Assembly: GCF_003918875.1 (NCBI RefSeq)
Contig: NW_025767635.1
Span: 1,426,001-1,490,000 of the forward strand
Length of the DNA: 64,000 bases
Source: Haliotis rubra
Lineage: Eukaryota
Reading direction: 5' to 3'
The first letter of the stretch is position 1; each line of letters begins with the position of its first letter. A program made the translations under genes and the position numbers. The notes beneath the pieces were generated by a model. That model saw only the letters and a list, made by a program, of their open reading frames with translations, was not told the DNA's origin and searched no databases. This document shows positions 10,021 to 22,805 of the stretch, piece by piece.

Positions 10021-12991
10021 CGAAAGGCAGGACTTCCCATTGGTATACATCCGGGTCTCTATCACCTTCTAGATCACGCCATATGAACCTCAAGAGAGGT
10101 TTGTCCTTGTCCAGCAGTCTCACTTGGTGGAACATACCTTTAATATCTCCTGAGATTGCCACAGGGCTCTGTCGAAACCTCAATAATACACCAAGTAGAG
10201 ATGATCCGATCTGGGGACCTCGCAGGAGCTTCTTGTTCAGGTTCTGTCCATTAACCTCGTACGAGCAGTGAAACACAAGTCTGTATTTATCGTTGTGATG
10301 TACGAGATGGTGTGGGATGTACCAGGACTCTTTACTACCTTCTGCTTCATCATTGGAAATCACTTTCACAGATCCTGCATCAATTAAGTTGTGGATAAGT
10401 CGGTTGTGCACTTCTGCTAAATCAGGCTGATTTCCCAAACGTTTCTCAGTCCTTCTTAGGTTTGGCATCATTGACTCGGCAGTTGCATGGAATTGTGTAC
10501 CATCTTTCACTCGAAGCAAGGGTGTGGCATACCTCTTTACTCCATTCACACTGATCCTCTCAGTTTCAGTGTCAAGGGTTTGTATTGCCTGTTCATCATG
10601 TTTCGATCTGGTGAAGTCCTTAGTACTGTAAGGCAGGACATCCATTTTCCATAGTTTCTCAACATCCTGGTGGAAGTCACTGAAACTGGGTTCTTGTGCA
10701 ATAAAGAAGCTATGTTGATCCAACTGGCAGGCTGAATGTGCGGGACCTTGGAGAGACCATCCGAGTTTGGTATGAACTGCTACTGGGGTTGATGGTGGTC
10801 CAGACATGATTGGCTGATCAGGCACTATCAGCTCAGTACAGTCTGAGCCTATCAAGATCACAGGCTTCACTTTGTCGATAACTGGCAATGGTTGTTCACG
10901 AAGATGGGGCCATCTGTTCCGAAGACTCTCAGTAGGGTAGGTATATTCCGAAAGGGCAAGTTTGTCAGAGGCAAAGGCTCCCTTGACAGGGAATCGCAAA
11001 AGCTGATTACTCCTTGGGGAGATTTCAAGGTCAACAGATAAACCATTACATGTAAATGGTTCTCGTCTGATAGTGGTCAACAGGATTTTATCCCTTGTTG
11101 CATCAAGTCCTAATTGCCTCACAACTGGAGCCATAAGCATAGTCCTTTGAGACCCATCATCCAGAATGGCATGAGCATCCAAACAACTGTCATTTGGTCC
11201 ATGAAGTGGAACTTCTACAATCTTCAGCATTGTCAAGTATGGCCTTGAGGGTTGATCGATGAAAGCAGGAGGCTGGTCTACCTTTGTACAGAAAACTTTC
11301 TGCTCCATTTGACTGTTGGCATCATGAAGAATAGTAAGGTGAAGATCATTACATGTACGACATGGTTTCTTCAAATTACAGTCTTCTATTTTATGTTTGC
11401 GGCCACACCTTCTGCATCTCCCATTCAACCATTTCAAGATATCATCAAGATTCATCTTCTTGATCTCAACGCAAGAACTAAGGAAATGATCCGAGGACTC
11501 GCACTTCGGACAATAACCCTTCGGACCTGGTTCAGACGTCTCTTTCCTTTGGGGTTTCTTGGGCTCCGAGTGAAGAGATTTAGATTTCCCAAAGAATGCC
11601 ATGGTAGGGACATGATCTCTCCTCGAAAGATGAGGTTTTGTCTTGTCTTGTTTCTCGTAAGAGCTGACAGCATTACTGGCTATTCGTTTAGCCCGACTCT
11701 TTATTTGCAGCCAGTCATTAAAACTCATCAAGTTGTAGGATTCATGAATGCCGAGTTTCAAACAATGTTCAATAAATCCATCCCTCATACTAGGTGCTAG
11801 TTTGCTTAGCAGCCTGTCAACATGTGATCCGCAATTCAGTTCTGATCCATACACACTTTCAAGTGATTTTAACATTCCAACAAGCGACTGGACTGCTAAT
11901 GCTAAGTTATCGAAACCTTCACTGTCACTATGACGAACAGCTGGCAGGGCCAGTATTGAACCAAGTTCACTCTGTATGAGTTGCCGGGGTTGGCCATACT
12001 TTTCCTGGAGAGCTTGTAAAGCCACCGTGTAGGGGCTGGTTTCATACATGTAAGATTCAGCTAATTTCTTAGCCTTTCCTCCTAATTGACCCATCAAAAC
12101 CTGGTATTTGTACCTTTCATCCAAATGCGGGTGGATGTTGACTAGGTGCTGTAACGCCATCTTCAATAGGGCAAAGTCACGCTCACGTCCGTTGATGAAA
12201 GTTGGCAACGATGGTCTAGGGACACCATAAGATGAAGAGATTAACAACTCTGTCATATTTGGCACTGGTGGCTGAGCATGTGGCAAAACAGGAGGCACAT
12301 ATTGTGATTGTTCAACATAAGGGGAGGACATAGTATTTGGCATGGTATTTGTATATATTGGCATGGCAGAATAAGGCATGGCAATGTTATTAGGTGTGAC
12401 AGGGTTACCAACAGAATGACTGACCGGCATGGCATACTGGCAGGGCAAGGTAGGCTGGGAAGGCATGGCAGGTTTACTTGTCATTACTGTTTGTGGCACC
12501 TTATTTCCTGTCTGATCAGTTGCATAAACAGTAACAGAGTCATTATCGCAACCTACAGAAGTCTGACAAAGTACCTGGTTTCTAGTTTGGCCACCTGGCA
12601 GAGGGGTTGTCCCGTGATCACACTCTTGCACAGACATACTTGTAGATTTGGGCACAGGATTGGTGGATTCCCATGGATTCTCTTGTTTCACGATATTAGA
12701 AATGAGTTCTGCCTCGAGAAGTTTTCTCTCAGCCACACGAATATTTCTCTGTCGCTCAATGTCTCTCAACTGCTGCTCACGTCGTTGAGCAACCTCCCTT
12801 TCCACCTTCTCTGTCTGTCTTCTTAATATCTCAGACTCCATATCTAATTGCATTCGAGCTGAATATGCCTCATCTTCAAGTTTCTTTATTTCAGCATCGA
12901 TCAATTTATCTTCTTCTAACTGTCGTCGCATTTCGTCTAACTCGGCCTGGCGTGTCAGTCTGTCAATCTCGGCGAGCTGCCTATCACTCAT
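10007..12991 (-). CDS. BEL/Pao gag, protease and RT N-terminus
   Basis: Three Cys/His knuckles (CPKCESSDHFLSSC, CRRCGRKHKIEDC, CRTCNDLHLTILH), protease ILDDGS, and RT WYIPHH, DIKGMFHQV, LPFG. Confidence 0.93.
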   Translation of the reverse strand: MSDRQLAEIDRLTRQAELDEMRRQLEEDKLIDAEIKKLEDEAYSARMQLDMESEILRRQTEKVEREVAQRREQQLRDIERQRNIRVAERKLLEAELISNIVKQENPWESTNPVPKSTSMSVQECDHGTTPLPGGQTRNQVLCQTSVGCDNDSVTVYATDQTGNKVPQTVMTSKPAMPSQPTLPCQYAMPVSHSVGNPVTPNNIAMPYSAMPIYTNTMPNTMSSPYVEQSQYVPPVLPHAQPPVPNMTELLISSSYGVPRPSLPTFINGRERDFALLKMALQHLVNIHPHLDERYKYQVLMGQLGGKAKKLAESYMYETSPYTVALQALQEKYGQPRQLIQSELGSILALPAVRHSDSEGFDNLALAVQSLVGMLKSLESVYGSELNCGSHVDRLLSKLAPSMRDGFIEHCLKLGIHESYNLMSFNDWLQIKSRAKRIASNAVSSYEKQDKTKPHLSRRDHVPTMAFFGKSKSLHSEPKKPQRKETSEPGPKGYCPKCESSDHFLSSCVEIKKMNLDDILKWLNGRCRRCGRKHKIEDCNLKKPCRTCNDLHLTILHDANSQMEQKVFCTKVDQPPAFIDQPSRPYLTMLKIVEVPLHGPNDSCLDAHAILDDGSQRTMLMAPVVRQLGLDATRDKILLTTIRREPFTCNGLSVDLEISPRSNQLLRFPVKGAFASDKLALSEYTYPTESLRNRWPHLREQPLPVIDKVKPVILIGSDCTELIVPDQPIMSGPPSTPVAVHTKLGWSLQGPAHSACQLDQHSFFIAQEPSFSDFHQDVEKLWKMDVLPYSTKDFTRSKHDEQAIQTLDTETERISVNGVKRYATPLLRVKDGTQFHATAESMMPNLRRTEKRLGNQPDLAEVHNRLIHNLIDAGSVKVISNDEAEGSKESWYIPHHLVHHNDKYRLVFHCSYEVNGQNLNKKLLRGPQIGSSLLGVLLRFRQSPVAISGDIKGMFHQVRLLDKDKPLLRFIWRDLEGDRDPDVYQWEVLPFGNNM

Positions 12992-13298
12992 TCGTGACCG
13001 AATGGACGACTGTTGTGACCGCTGAGAGTGTTTAGTTGCATGAGAATGTCTACTGGGTGCATTTGAGGCTTTGCGATCGTGTTATCAATACTGACGATTC
13101 CTCTAATTGTGACTCGTTTAAATATCTGTCCAAAACATAGTCAGAAAGATACCTCGGAGGTCGTCTGTCGCGCGACGAAAACCGAGCACCTCTCTCGGCT
13201 GGCTGACGAATTTCATCACTGTCGTTCTTACCGGCAATGGCACCGTTCATATTCAATGGCAACGTAAGACTGGGGTTACCATCCGGCTCGCGGGACCA

Positions 13299-13494
13299 TG
13301 AAAAATCTATCAGGGCACTTCTCAGTCAAGTGGTTGTCAACTTCAAGGCAAAACAGGACACGTGCTCTCATCTCTCGTGTATTACCCATAATGTACAGTA
13401 CCAAAAGGAAAAATCCGGAAAAACAACACAGTCCTCAGTTAACCGGACGAGTCGCAGATAAATTGAAATCCGGGCATAGGGATGCTTCTCGACA
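13299..13494 (-). repeat. BEL/Pao 5' LTR
   Basis: Direct repeat of 7087-7282 that abuts the PBS. Confidence 0.95.
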
Positions 13495-13979
13495 GAAAAT
13501 GTTGTAGGGAACACTGTAGGACAATGTGGATTGAACTAAGGAATGAGGGAGACATTAGCATGTCTGATGATGCCACGAGTGAGTTAGCCTTCAGAGCATT
13601 GCTGAACAAATGTAGTGTGTGAAAGTGGCTTAAATGCAAGTACCAGGACAGTTTCCATTTGCCAAAGTTTTTTGCATCAAACTATTTCATCGTGTACTTT
13701 GGCCTTATTTGTGTGAAAAAGTATTAGAAATGCAAAAGGAAAAACAACAACTAAAAATGGATCACATGCATTACACAAGACATCTGCTTACCATATTGGA
13801 TTAGCTACCTAACCTTAAATTGAAACCCTAACCCGAAACCTAAACCCCTAAAAATAATCCTAATAAATGAAATACATTGATGAAGCAGCATGAAAAATTT
13901 AAAAATGGCTGACAAGTCCAGTGTAATGCATTCTTACCGCTTCAATATGTATGATTTGAATAAATAAACTCCATTCTAA

Positions 13980-14502
13980 GTAGGGCTGCGCAATATAACC
14001 GGTTTACCGGTATTTACTGGTTCAGACATGAAAACGATATGTCTTGCAATATGATGATCGAAAACCGGTATCTTGACATGTATTCGGAAAACTTCGTAAC
14101 ATTCGGAAATCTTCGGATATTTCCGTTTTTCACACCGGAAGTCATGTGTTTGTTGTAAAATGGCGACCCCCCAACATGAACAATTTATTGTGGTGCCAAA
14201 TACTAGGGCAAAGGCTTCAGTATTGCAGCATTATGGGTTGAAAAAGTTCACGGTAGATGGAACTATTGATAAAGAGTAATGTGGTTTGTAATATATGGAA
14301 TGGTAAAGTAAATTAAGAGTTTTTATTAAAGCTTAATCAAGCATAGTGATTTTGTTGTTTTGGCTTTATAAATCAAGCATTAACTCGATTATAAGTAGGG
14401 TTTTTTTTTGTTAATTTAAAACTTCTTGCCATCTATTGCAAAACATATTGCAATATATGCTTTCGCATCGCAATATGAAAATTCTTTGCAATACCCACCC
14501 CT
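13980..14502 (+). mobile_element. Possible hAT-like non-autonomous DNA transposon remnant
   Basis: Starts TAGGGCTG and ends CCCACCCCT, with subterminal GCAATA/ACCGGT repeats and a short decayed reading frame (KASVLQHYG) resembling a BED-finger start. Confidence 0.35.
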
Positions 14503-15605
14503 CCTGTGTAATGATGCAGTTACTGAATGAAAACAACATATATCTATATTAGTTCATTATTTATAATTCATTTTGTCCTAAAACTTATGCTGAAAGCGAA
14601 ATAGAAAATATATTTAGAATAAAAGTGCTTTCATAAACTGACTCCTGCTTTAAGATGTGCCGCTGCCTTCTGTGTTTAGCACTCAAACTACATACAGCAC
14701 TTGGCTTATTCAATGACAGTGCATATAGAGACGACAAGACACTGAGAGGAGCTTAAACATACTTGATAACCCAGCAACAGTTTGATGTCACAGAGCATTG
14801 TTTTTGGTAACAAAGTTTCACAAATTACGTCATAAGGTATTGTGATGTCATTTGTAATGTTTGTGAAGCTGTATTCTAACAGTAGGCCATGACTTGTATT
14901 TTACTTATAACAGGAACAACAAAGGTCGCGGGAAAGCATTATTGCTACTCTGTTGCATTGAATGTAATGTTAAGATACCGCCTGTTTATTAAAAACTCAC
15001 AGTTTTTAAAATAATTACTTGATTTTCGCAGTTTGTAGTCTGAGAGTGCTTAGTTTATTTTCCTAGATTAGTCCCTTTAGTGAGTCAGTAGCAAGTTTGG
15101 GCAAGCTCTACGGGTCATTGAAGGTGATCTGGAATAGTATGTTATACAAGGGAAACATACTGTCTAGTCTAGATGCTGTAACTGAGGATGAGGAATGTGT
15201 CACAAAGCTAGTGGTTTTACCTGTCCTGCCAATAGTTTCATTGTTGAATAGCATATTAGAAATGAAACTTTAGGCTTGGGAGAGCTAGCATCAGTTTCTA
15301 ATGTTGTGGAAGTGGTATCTCACACTCACATTGTGTGAGATAATATTGTAATGAGTGATTTATTTCTCAAATTCAAGATTATGATTATGGCCTCAGATCT
15401 TGGTATTCTTTGGGGAAATACTCAGGCTTTCAAGGTACATTTGTAGCAAGCATGAAATGATGACTTCATTGTGATGGTGGGGTTAAAATCCTGCTCTGCT
15501 TGTTGCCCTACAAATGATATCGTAACCCAGATAGTAAACAGACACTCTGTTGACGATCACTGACTGATGACAAGTTGCCTCAAAGTGTAAACTTGTCTGT
15601 TACAG

Positions 15606-15665
15606 GGATGAGTCCAAAGTGTTGGAGAGCACGGTGTCCTACAAGCTGCAAGATCTATGGGCAGG
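15606..15665 (+). CDS. OSER1: OSER1 coding exon 2
   Basis: TTACAG acceptor and GG|GTAAGT donor; 60 nt, phase 2 to phase 2, open (W-DESKVLESTVSYKLQDLWA-G), joining exons 1 and 3 in frame. Confidence 0.75.
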
Positions 15666-17178
15666 GTAAGTATTATCACAAAAAAGGTTTTCACTGTTGT
15701 CTACAGTTTCATTGTTAAGTCCCAGTAATAAAGTTATGTCTAAAACATTCTTGCAGTGGGATTCAGTTTCAACCGAAATGTTCAGGTACCTGATCTCCTC
15801 TAAACCTTGCTAACTGAAGTGACAGTCCATTTAGAAGCAGATTATGACTTGATCTTTGGCAAGGGAGAGCCACCAGGCCCTGTAGCTCATTGGAATTATT
15901 TGAAAGTAATGTCTGTCAAAATCCAAACCAAATATGCCCAAACTTGTATGTTTTTCCAGATGGCATATACCTCCTGCACATTTACTTTCACTGTTTGAAT
16001 GTGGCAAGCATGGTGGCGGTATTATATTGAGATCAGTGTACACTTTGTAGACACTATTTAGCTGGGATCGTTCAGACAAAGTAAAAGTGCTGTAGGACTT
16101 GTAGCTTCAGGTGAGATGTGGAAAAAGTATATGTTGGAGAAATGTCTTATAATACACCAGTGGCTGTACCCTCAAAGGGGGTTGAAGTAGCGTAAAATTA
16201 TTGTCCTCCTGAGAGGGTACGTAAGTCCCAACACATTCACAGTAAATTTAAATTTGCCACTTTTTTAATCCTAGAATATGTGTACTTTTAATTTATGGTT
16301 AGATTTGTCTTCAATCACCAATGGCTGGAGGGATGGTGTAAATCCAGCTAGGGTCCATGCAGGTAGCAAAGGTACTGTAAGTCCTCATGGACCCTGGTAT
16401 GGTGATCTACCTTCAGCTGTTGGTGATCTATAGCAGTGTAGGAAAGATAGCTCGTCCCAACGTCCGAGACAGGTGAATTTTGTGGAGGACGGGTTAAAAA
16501 AATATCTAGTCCGTCCTCATGTCGGGTCAATTTTAGCAAACCAATGACATATATATAATGATTATAACCTTTTTGAATATTTACTGCCGAAGGTGTTTTA
16601 TTTATATTTGGAGGACAGACTAGATTTAGGCAGGACTGGTAAAAAATTTGACCTGCCAGTCCTGTGGACATGCTAGATTTTCTACATCTTTCCTACACTG
16701 TCTATAGCCCGTTTTTATTTTGTACTGTCTATAGTGATTTAATTTTACATTAGCGTACTAGTTTTAAATTTATATAGCTGTGATGTTCTAGTATTTTTAC
16801 TGTCCTTCGATGACAGGTATTTATGTTCCAACCTCATTGATTTTCATATTCATATAAACTAGATTGTTCTCGTCACGATATGGCTGAAATATTGCCGATG
16901 TGACGTTAAATAATAACTCACTCACTATAATACACCATGACATAAACTAAATTGACTTTCCATCAAGTGAGCTAAATACATAACAAGACCATCCACTTTT
17001 GAGTGTGAGACATTATAACTGTTTTGCCACACAAATACTTTGCCAAGTATGAATATCTGATAGCAGTTGTAACAAGTGTAGTGGCAAAGATAAGTTAGAG
17101 CAATGTAAGTCTTGGCAGAGACTGGGTATAAAAGCAGTGTGGAGTGTTTAACTAACCTGAACTTGTGTATGTTCGTAG

Positions 17179-17998
17179 GGAGACAGAGAGCAGAGCAGAT
17201 CATGAAGTGTCCCCCAAGCGTATGAAGCATCAGAGGTTGAGTCCAGAGAAGCCTCGAGTTGACCCCTACCCTGTAGACTGTGTCACCTCACTCCAGAAAC
17301 TTTGCCTCAGCAAGGAAAAATGTACCAAGAAGTTTTGCACTTGTGTGATCAATAAAACCAGTCCATCAACTTCTGGCTCACCAAGACACAAGCAAAATCT
17401 GGCCCATGTCGCTGTTCAGCAGAGGAAGCTGATTCGTGAGGCACGTTTTAAGCTGCACAATGCACAGAAAGATAAGCGTCAAGTTATCCGTGCTGCCCGG
17501 CTCCAGCTAAGCCAGAAGACTGTTGTCACAGCACCATCACGTGAAAACAGCCCTAAGAAAATTCTTCCCAAATGCATTAGAGTTTCTTGTGCTTCATCAA
17601 AGGTGTTCGGATCAAATGCATCTCAATGTCTTGAAAACTTTTCTAGTCTTTCATCTAACCCTGCAAATACACCTGAGGATGCCACCAGTTCCCATTTTGA
17701 GTTCAACGGATATCGAGAGCTGCAGATGCCTTCAACATCTGGCCTGGTACTCCCGCCTGCTACCAAGTGTTGTGTAGATTCTGTTGCCAGTGCTGTGTCA
17801 GACACCAGGAACTCCCTGCCGGATCCCGAGCGGGACACAGTGACCAGGGACACCATGGGTGAAGTACCCACTGCCAAGAGTTGCTCCCAGGAAGCACGCC
17901 TCGATGATTTGAGTGTCAACGAACTTGCCGGATACTTCGAAGATTTTGTACACATCCCAAAGAAAATGTCTACCATGGCTGAAATGATGTACACGTGA
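17179..17998 (+). CDS. OSER1: OSER1 last coding exon (oxidative stress-responsive serine-rich protein 1); spliced CDS 966 nt, 321 aa
   Basis: Acceptor CGTAG at 17178. C-terminus SCSQEARLDDLSVNELAGYFEDFVHIPKKMSTMAEMMYT* is the OSER1 signature. Candidate AATAAA at 19244-19249. Confidence 0.92.
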
Positions 17999-19477
17999 CT
18001 TGTTCACACTCATTGTTAAAATTACTTTATGAAGTCAGTGTGGATTCTACATATTCTCTTTCAATTAACACTAACAAAGGAAGTATTTGAAATCCTATTG
18101 TATGGGTAAAGTCATAAAACTCTCTACACTAGCTTAAGAAGAAGTAAATTGCAATAATGACATTAATGTGCTCTTTGAAAGAAGTTAACTTGATGCAGTT
18201 CAAAGTCATATGCAACACAATGTGTTTTGGTTGTATGTTTAGAATTATGTAAAATTACTTTTGAAGTTTACAGATGTCATCTCTTTGATTTCATAATAAG
18301 TGAATAATGTGAATATATGAAAATCTATTTCAATTTTCCCTCTCAGGAACAATTTGTACTAATTTAGTTTCAATTATGTTAAAAAGTTTAGGTGTCACGA
18401 TCTTGTTGACAAGTGTGTTGTTGTAGCATAGGACTGTTCCATTATGCACATGTATATTCAAGGGACATTGTTACGCTGTGGTTCTGTTTCAGTTTGCAGT
18501 ATTTATTAATATTTATCCCCTGTTCCAGCAATCTTGCAACTGTGCATTACTATAGAATGTATTACCAGTAGTGTGCCCTACTGTACATGGAGACTCCTGT
18601 GACCAGTTCTCAGGTTCTCCAGCTGCTAGGGAATCATGCTTAAGAGTGAGTGACTCACACCTTCTGTCACACACTGGTGTGGCCACACTGATGTGACCAG
18701 ACTTCCCTGCTGGGAGTGCTGCCTCACACATCCCACAGGTCATGATATTTTGGGTACAACTCTGCTTTTGAAGCAATAGCTTTGCTAACTGTACATGTTG
18801 CTATGTTATGCACCAGTTTTTTCGAATTTGGAATATTTATAAATAGAAAATCGTCATTACATCAGATATTGAAGTGTCTTCACTTACACATGTTGCCCAT
18901 ACAGTGATACATTCAGCAGTTCAACAGGCAGTGGCTCAGTTTGCAAGCTGATCTGTAGAATATCAAGTGTAAGTAAGGTCTCCTACTGATCAGCTGATCT
19001 GTTGCATGTTCTTGTCCGCATAGTCATACACTATGTCAGATACTTTCAGCATCAGGTATCATCCTGACGACTCAACCTGCTTCATCCTTCCTCATGGTAA
19101 TGTTAGTGCTGCAGCCTGTGTGTCAGAGCCAGCTGTATTACTAGCTCAGTGTCCCATCACCCACCTGGGCTCACTTCCAGCACTGGTCGCCCAGCAACAC
19201 CTGTAACTAAAGTTCTCATAGCTGTAGTTACATTGATAATTAGAATAAAACTTGTTTTATTTCAAATTTGTCTCATTTGGTATGCTGGTTCAGTTAATGT
19301 AAATACTTTTCAGTTTTGTAACTTCAATTTAATTATCAATATATTTATAATTGTAAATAGTTAAATATTCTGTTATCATTTGTTTCTTTTTCTGTGAATT
19401 AAACGGTTTATATGAATTTTTTTATATTCTGTTGTTTGTATCTGTGGAGTCATTGGATGCCTTTACTCCTGGATTTT

Positions 19478-19628
19478 GAGTGAGTGAGTATGGTTTTACG
19501 CCACTTTTAGCAATATTCCAACAATGTCATGGTGATGGATACCATAAATAGGCCTCACACATTGTACCCATGTTGGGAATGGAACCGGTGTCTTTGGCGT
19601 AATGAGTAACACCTGGGCTAGCCCTACC
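19478..19628 (-). mobile_element. Diverged copy of the (ACTC)n-tailed tRNA SINE family
   Basis: GAGTGAGTGAGT..TTTTACGCC..TTTTAGCAATATTCC...ACACATTGTACCCATG, shared with the copies at 38312, 53713 and 63222. Confidence 0.8.
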
Positions 19629-20019
19629 GATTGACATAATCTTGTCACAAGTAACAAGTGGCTTCCCTACATACCTGACACAAGTCATTCTTTGTTTAGT
19701 TTTGCTCTCAGCAACATTATGAGGGCAGTGTGTAAATAATCAGATCTATCCCAGACAATACACAACCGATGTCGGGCCACTGGGTCTTGTAAGTTGCCCT
19801 TCACAGCATGCACGGGCCCACCCCACCCAACCCCACCCCACCTGATCTTGATGAAATGCGAGTTGACCAAGGCAAAAGTGCCTTATTTATTATATATTTA
19901 AAGCTTCCAGAAGTTTCTGTATGGAATATTCTGGATGCTCAAGGCCCAGCTAGGCCAGTCTTGCTCCCAGTCTAAAGCAGCCAAATTACCATGGTTTTTC
20001 TCCTCAAAACCCAGCAGAG

Positions 20020-20340
20020 ATTCTAATTCCACGTGCATAAATAAACAGATCCCCAAATTTTACAAAGCTGTTATCAATGAGGAAGTCCAGCATTTCACAT
20101 ATTGTGTTCTAAGTACATTTGTCTCATTTTTGTCCTGAACCCTTAAGATCGATATGTAAGTATATCTTTGCTCACCACGTGCCCCATTGGTCAAAGAATA
20201 AAGGTATTCCTTCAGCTTGTCATGTGGGATAGTAGAGTACAAAAACCAAATGTTTCGAAAGAATTTAACTCGGTCCGTTTCTGAGATTGTAAAAATTTAT
20301 ACAAATACAATGGTTATTCTATTTGAGGCCTTGTCACTGA
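20020..20340 (-). mobile_element. Penelope-like reverse transcriptase fragment
   Basis: Decayed frames read LYSTIPHDKLK and FLIDNSFVKFGDLFIYARGI, typical of PLE RT motifs (LYTxIPH; FLIDNxFVxFG...GIPMG). Confidence 0.65.
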
Positions 20341-20403
20341 GAGCAACTACAACGTTTTCATGCAGGGCAGCTGGCTGAGACAGAATGGGATTATTCTTAC
20401 TAG

Positions 20404-21090
20404 TCCCTATACAGCTTTAACTAGCGTACGTGTAGCTTGTAATAATCCATATACAGCTGTAACTATCGTATGTATAGCTCTTACTAGTGCATATACAGCT
20501 GTGAAAACCGTACGTATAGCTTGTAGAATAGTCCATATACAGCTGCAACTATCGTATGCATAGCTCTTAATAGTCCATATACAGCTGTAACTATCGTATG
20601 TATAGCTCTTACTATTCCATATACAGCTGTAACTATCGTATGTATAGCTCTTGCTAGTGCATATACAGCTGTAACTATCGTATGCATAGCTCTTAATAGT
20701 CCATATACAGGTGTAACTATCGTATGCATAGCTCTTAATAGTCCATATACAGCTGTAACTATCGTATGCATAGCTCTTACTATTCCATATACAGCTGTAA
20801 CTATCATATGCATAGCTCTTGCTAGTGCATATACAGCTGTAACTATCGTATGCATAGCTCTTAATAGTCCATACACAGCTGTAACTATCGTATTTATAAC
20901 TCTTGCTAGTGCATATACAGCTGTAACTATCGTATGCATAGCTCTTAATAGTCCATATACAGCTGTAACTATCGTATGTATAGCTCTTGCTAGTGCATAT
21001 ACAGCTGTAACTATCGTATGTATAGCTCTTGCTAGTGCATATACAGCTGTAACTAACGTATGTATAGCTCTTGCTAGTCCATATACAGCT
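20404..21090. repeat. 42-bp minisatellite, about 16 copies
   Basis: Unit ATACAGCTGTAACTATCGTATGCATAGCTCTTAATAGTCCAT. Confidence 0.95.
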
Positions 21091-21294
21091 ATGAATAGCG
21101 ACTTGTTTTGGAAAATAACTCCAAAGCACCATATTTGTACGTTTTTGTAGGTGAGTTTGCTTAAACTTCTCAGTGGGGTTTGTCTACAACTTGCGTACAC
21201 AAAGCTTGAACTAGTTTGTGTTCAGCTTTAACTTGTGTGATTATAGATTTAAATGTATATAATAATGTGTGTACTTATATTGCATACTTGAAGA

Positions 21295-21512
21295 TTCGGG
21301 TTAGAATTCAGCCACCCATGTGCTTGTAAGAGGCGACTAACTGGACTCGCTCACTTGGATGACACGACACATGTCATCATATCCTAGTTGCGTAGATCGA
21401 TACTCATGCTGCTGATCACTGGATGTTTTGGTCCAGACGCGATTATTTACAGACCGCCGCCATACAGCTGGAATATTGCTGAGTGTCGCTCTAAACAGCA
21501 AAGAAATAAACA
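21295..21512 (+). mobile_element. SINE-like interspersed repeat; a second partial copy lies at about 37960-38065 on the minus strand
   Basis: CACTGGAT..TGGTCCAGAC..GATTATTTACAGACCGCCGCCATA.AGCTGGAATATTGCTGAGTG recurs inverted near 37985-38063. Confidence 0.65.
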
Positions 21513-21639
21513 AACCTCGCATTGCGTTAGCTTCCACACACCCACACATTATTTGCAAGATATCATCTGCAACACTCACTCACTCATTATGTCTCCCATG
21601 TTGATTATTGTCACTGTTTCTTCATGGAATGCTATGCAA

Positions 21640-21862
21640 TAAATATCTTATCTTTTCGCTTTGGTGAAAGTGCTTCAGAAGTTGTAGAAAGCTGAGAGGA
21701 ATAAGTTGGTGCAGATGTTGCACGGCACCCGTCCCCCACCCCGTAAGAGGATCTACACAAAGATCGACCCGAGACTCGCGGGACTGGTGGACCAGCTGAC
21801 AACTGGAATCACCACCACCATGGAGTTCCTCTCAGCTGCTGGACATGTCAGTTACCTTAAAT
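21640..21862 (+). mobile_element. Mutator-like (MULE) transposase C-terminal remnant
   Basis: Decayed frame LVQMLHGTRPPPRKRIYTKIDPRLAGLVDQLTTGITTTMEFLSAAGH resembles the C-terminal tails of MULE transposases. Confidence 0.5.
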
Positions 21863-22729
21863 GACTCAAACAGCTCGAATGACTTCAGTTTAGTCAAAAT
21901 TTGTGTTTCATTGTCAGAAGAAATGTATATTTGTATATTTGTATGTTTGTATATTTGTACATATGTAAATAATTCATGTTGATTAATGATGTAATATATG
22001 ATTTATAATGCAATGTAATGTCATCTCAATTAATAATTCAATAATATGTAATGTAATGTAATTTTGTGTGACGAAATGAAAATGATGATATGATTAAATC
22101 TTATAAAAGGTCATTTAAAAGTCTGTATTTTGTATTCCTTGTAGGCAGTAGTGCACAATGAAGTGATACCTACTAGCTACCACTTTAGTGAAAGGGTAGA
22201 GGCAGTACAATTTGTAACCACTGGTGCGTAAAATTGTTTATTTAAGACTGTAGGCGTTATTCCCTGTAGGCATTAGTAGGCTCGACCGCTCACTTATCTT
22301 GTCATGCAGAATGTATTGACAATATGGTGTAAATACTTCATATATTCCAAGTTCGGGGACGTACGGTTGGGATAAGGCTTTCCTGGATTTGTTGTCGTGT
22401 TTTCATGTAATCCACTTTGTTAAGTTTTCGGGGAACTGGAGTACATCATTTCATTCACCTTTTATATGATTGTGGTGTTGTTTCTGTGTTGTTTACTGAT
22501 TTAGTTTTCATTTTCTTTCCTTTATTTTCAAAAGACCAATCTCAGTGAATGTGATCTTCCAAAGTTGATGAACAGAGACAATTTGAGAAGATTATGTTAT
22601 TGCATATAATTTCATAAACAAAACGTTCTGGAGATGCCGAAAACTTTTACGATCAATCCAATAATGATGTTTTTGTACGTTGAAACAGCCCCGCACAGCC
22701 ATGTTGTTTTTGAGAAAGACGGGCCTTTC

Positions 22730-22805
22730 CGTCGTTCCGGAAATTAACGTTTGTCGCTGATTGGTCAGGTTATCAGAGCGGGCGTGGCCACACACGGAAG
22801 CGACC
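22730..22805 (+). promoter_or_regulatory. Promoter of the CS-domain gene
   Basis: TTCCGGAA and CGGAAG (ETS-like), an inverted CCAAT (GATTGG) and a GC box GGGCGTGGC just upstream of ACCATGG. Confidence 0.55.

Larger units (their letters stand above)
7087..13494 (-). mobile_element. Full-length BEL/Pao LTR retrotransposon in an OSER1 intron, antisense to the gene
   Basis: Two 196-bp LTRs with TG...CA ends that differ at one base; PBS TGGTCCCGCGAGCCGGAT next to the 5' LTR; PPT GGGGGCGGC next to the 3' LTR; gag-PR-RT-RH-IN domain order. Confidence 0.97.

Noticed and set aside
17165-17178. OSER1 as a single-exon 277-aa gene starting at GTG 17165
   Set aside because: An acceptor at 17177-17178 and two upstream in-phase exons supply the conserved N-terminus.
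20407-21200. 238- and 241-aa repetitive ORFs
   Set aside because: They are translations of a 42-bp minisatellite, open in several frames.
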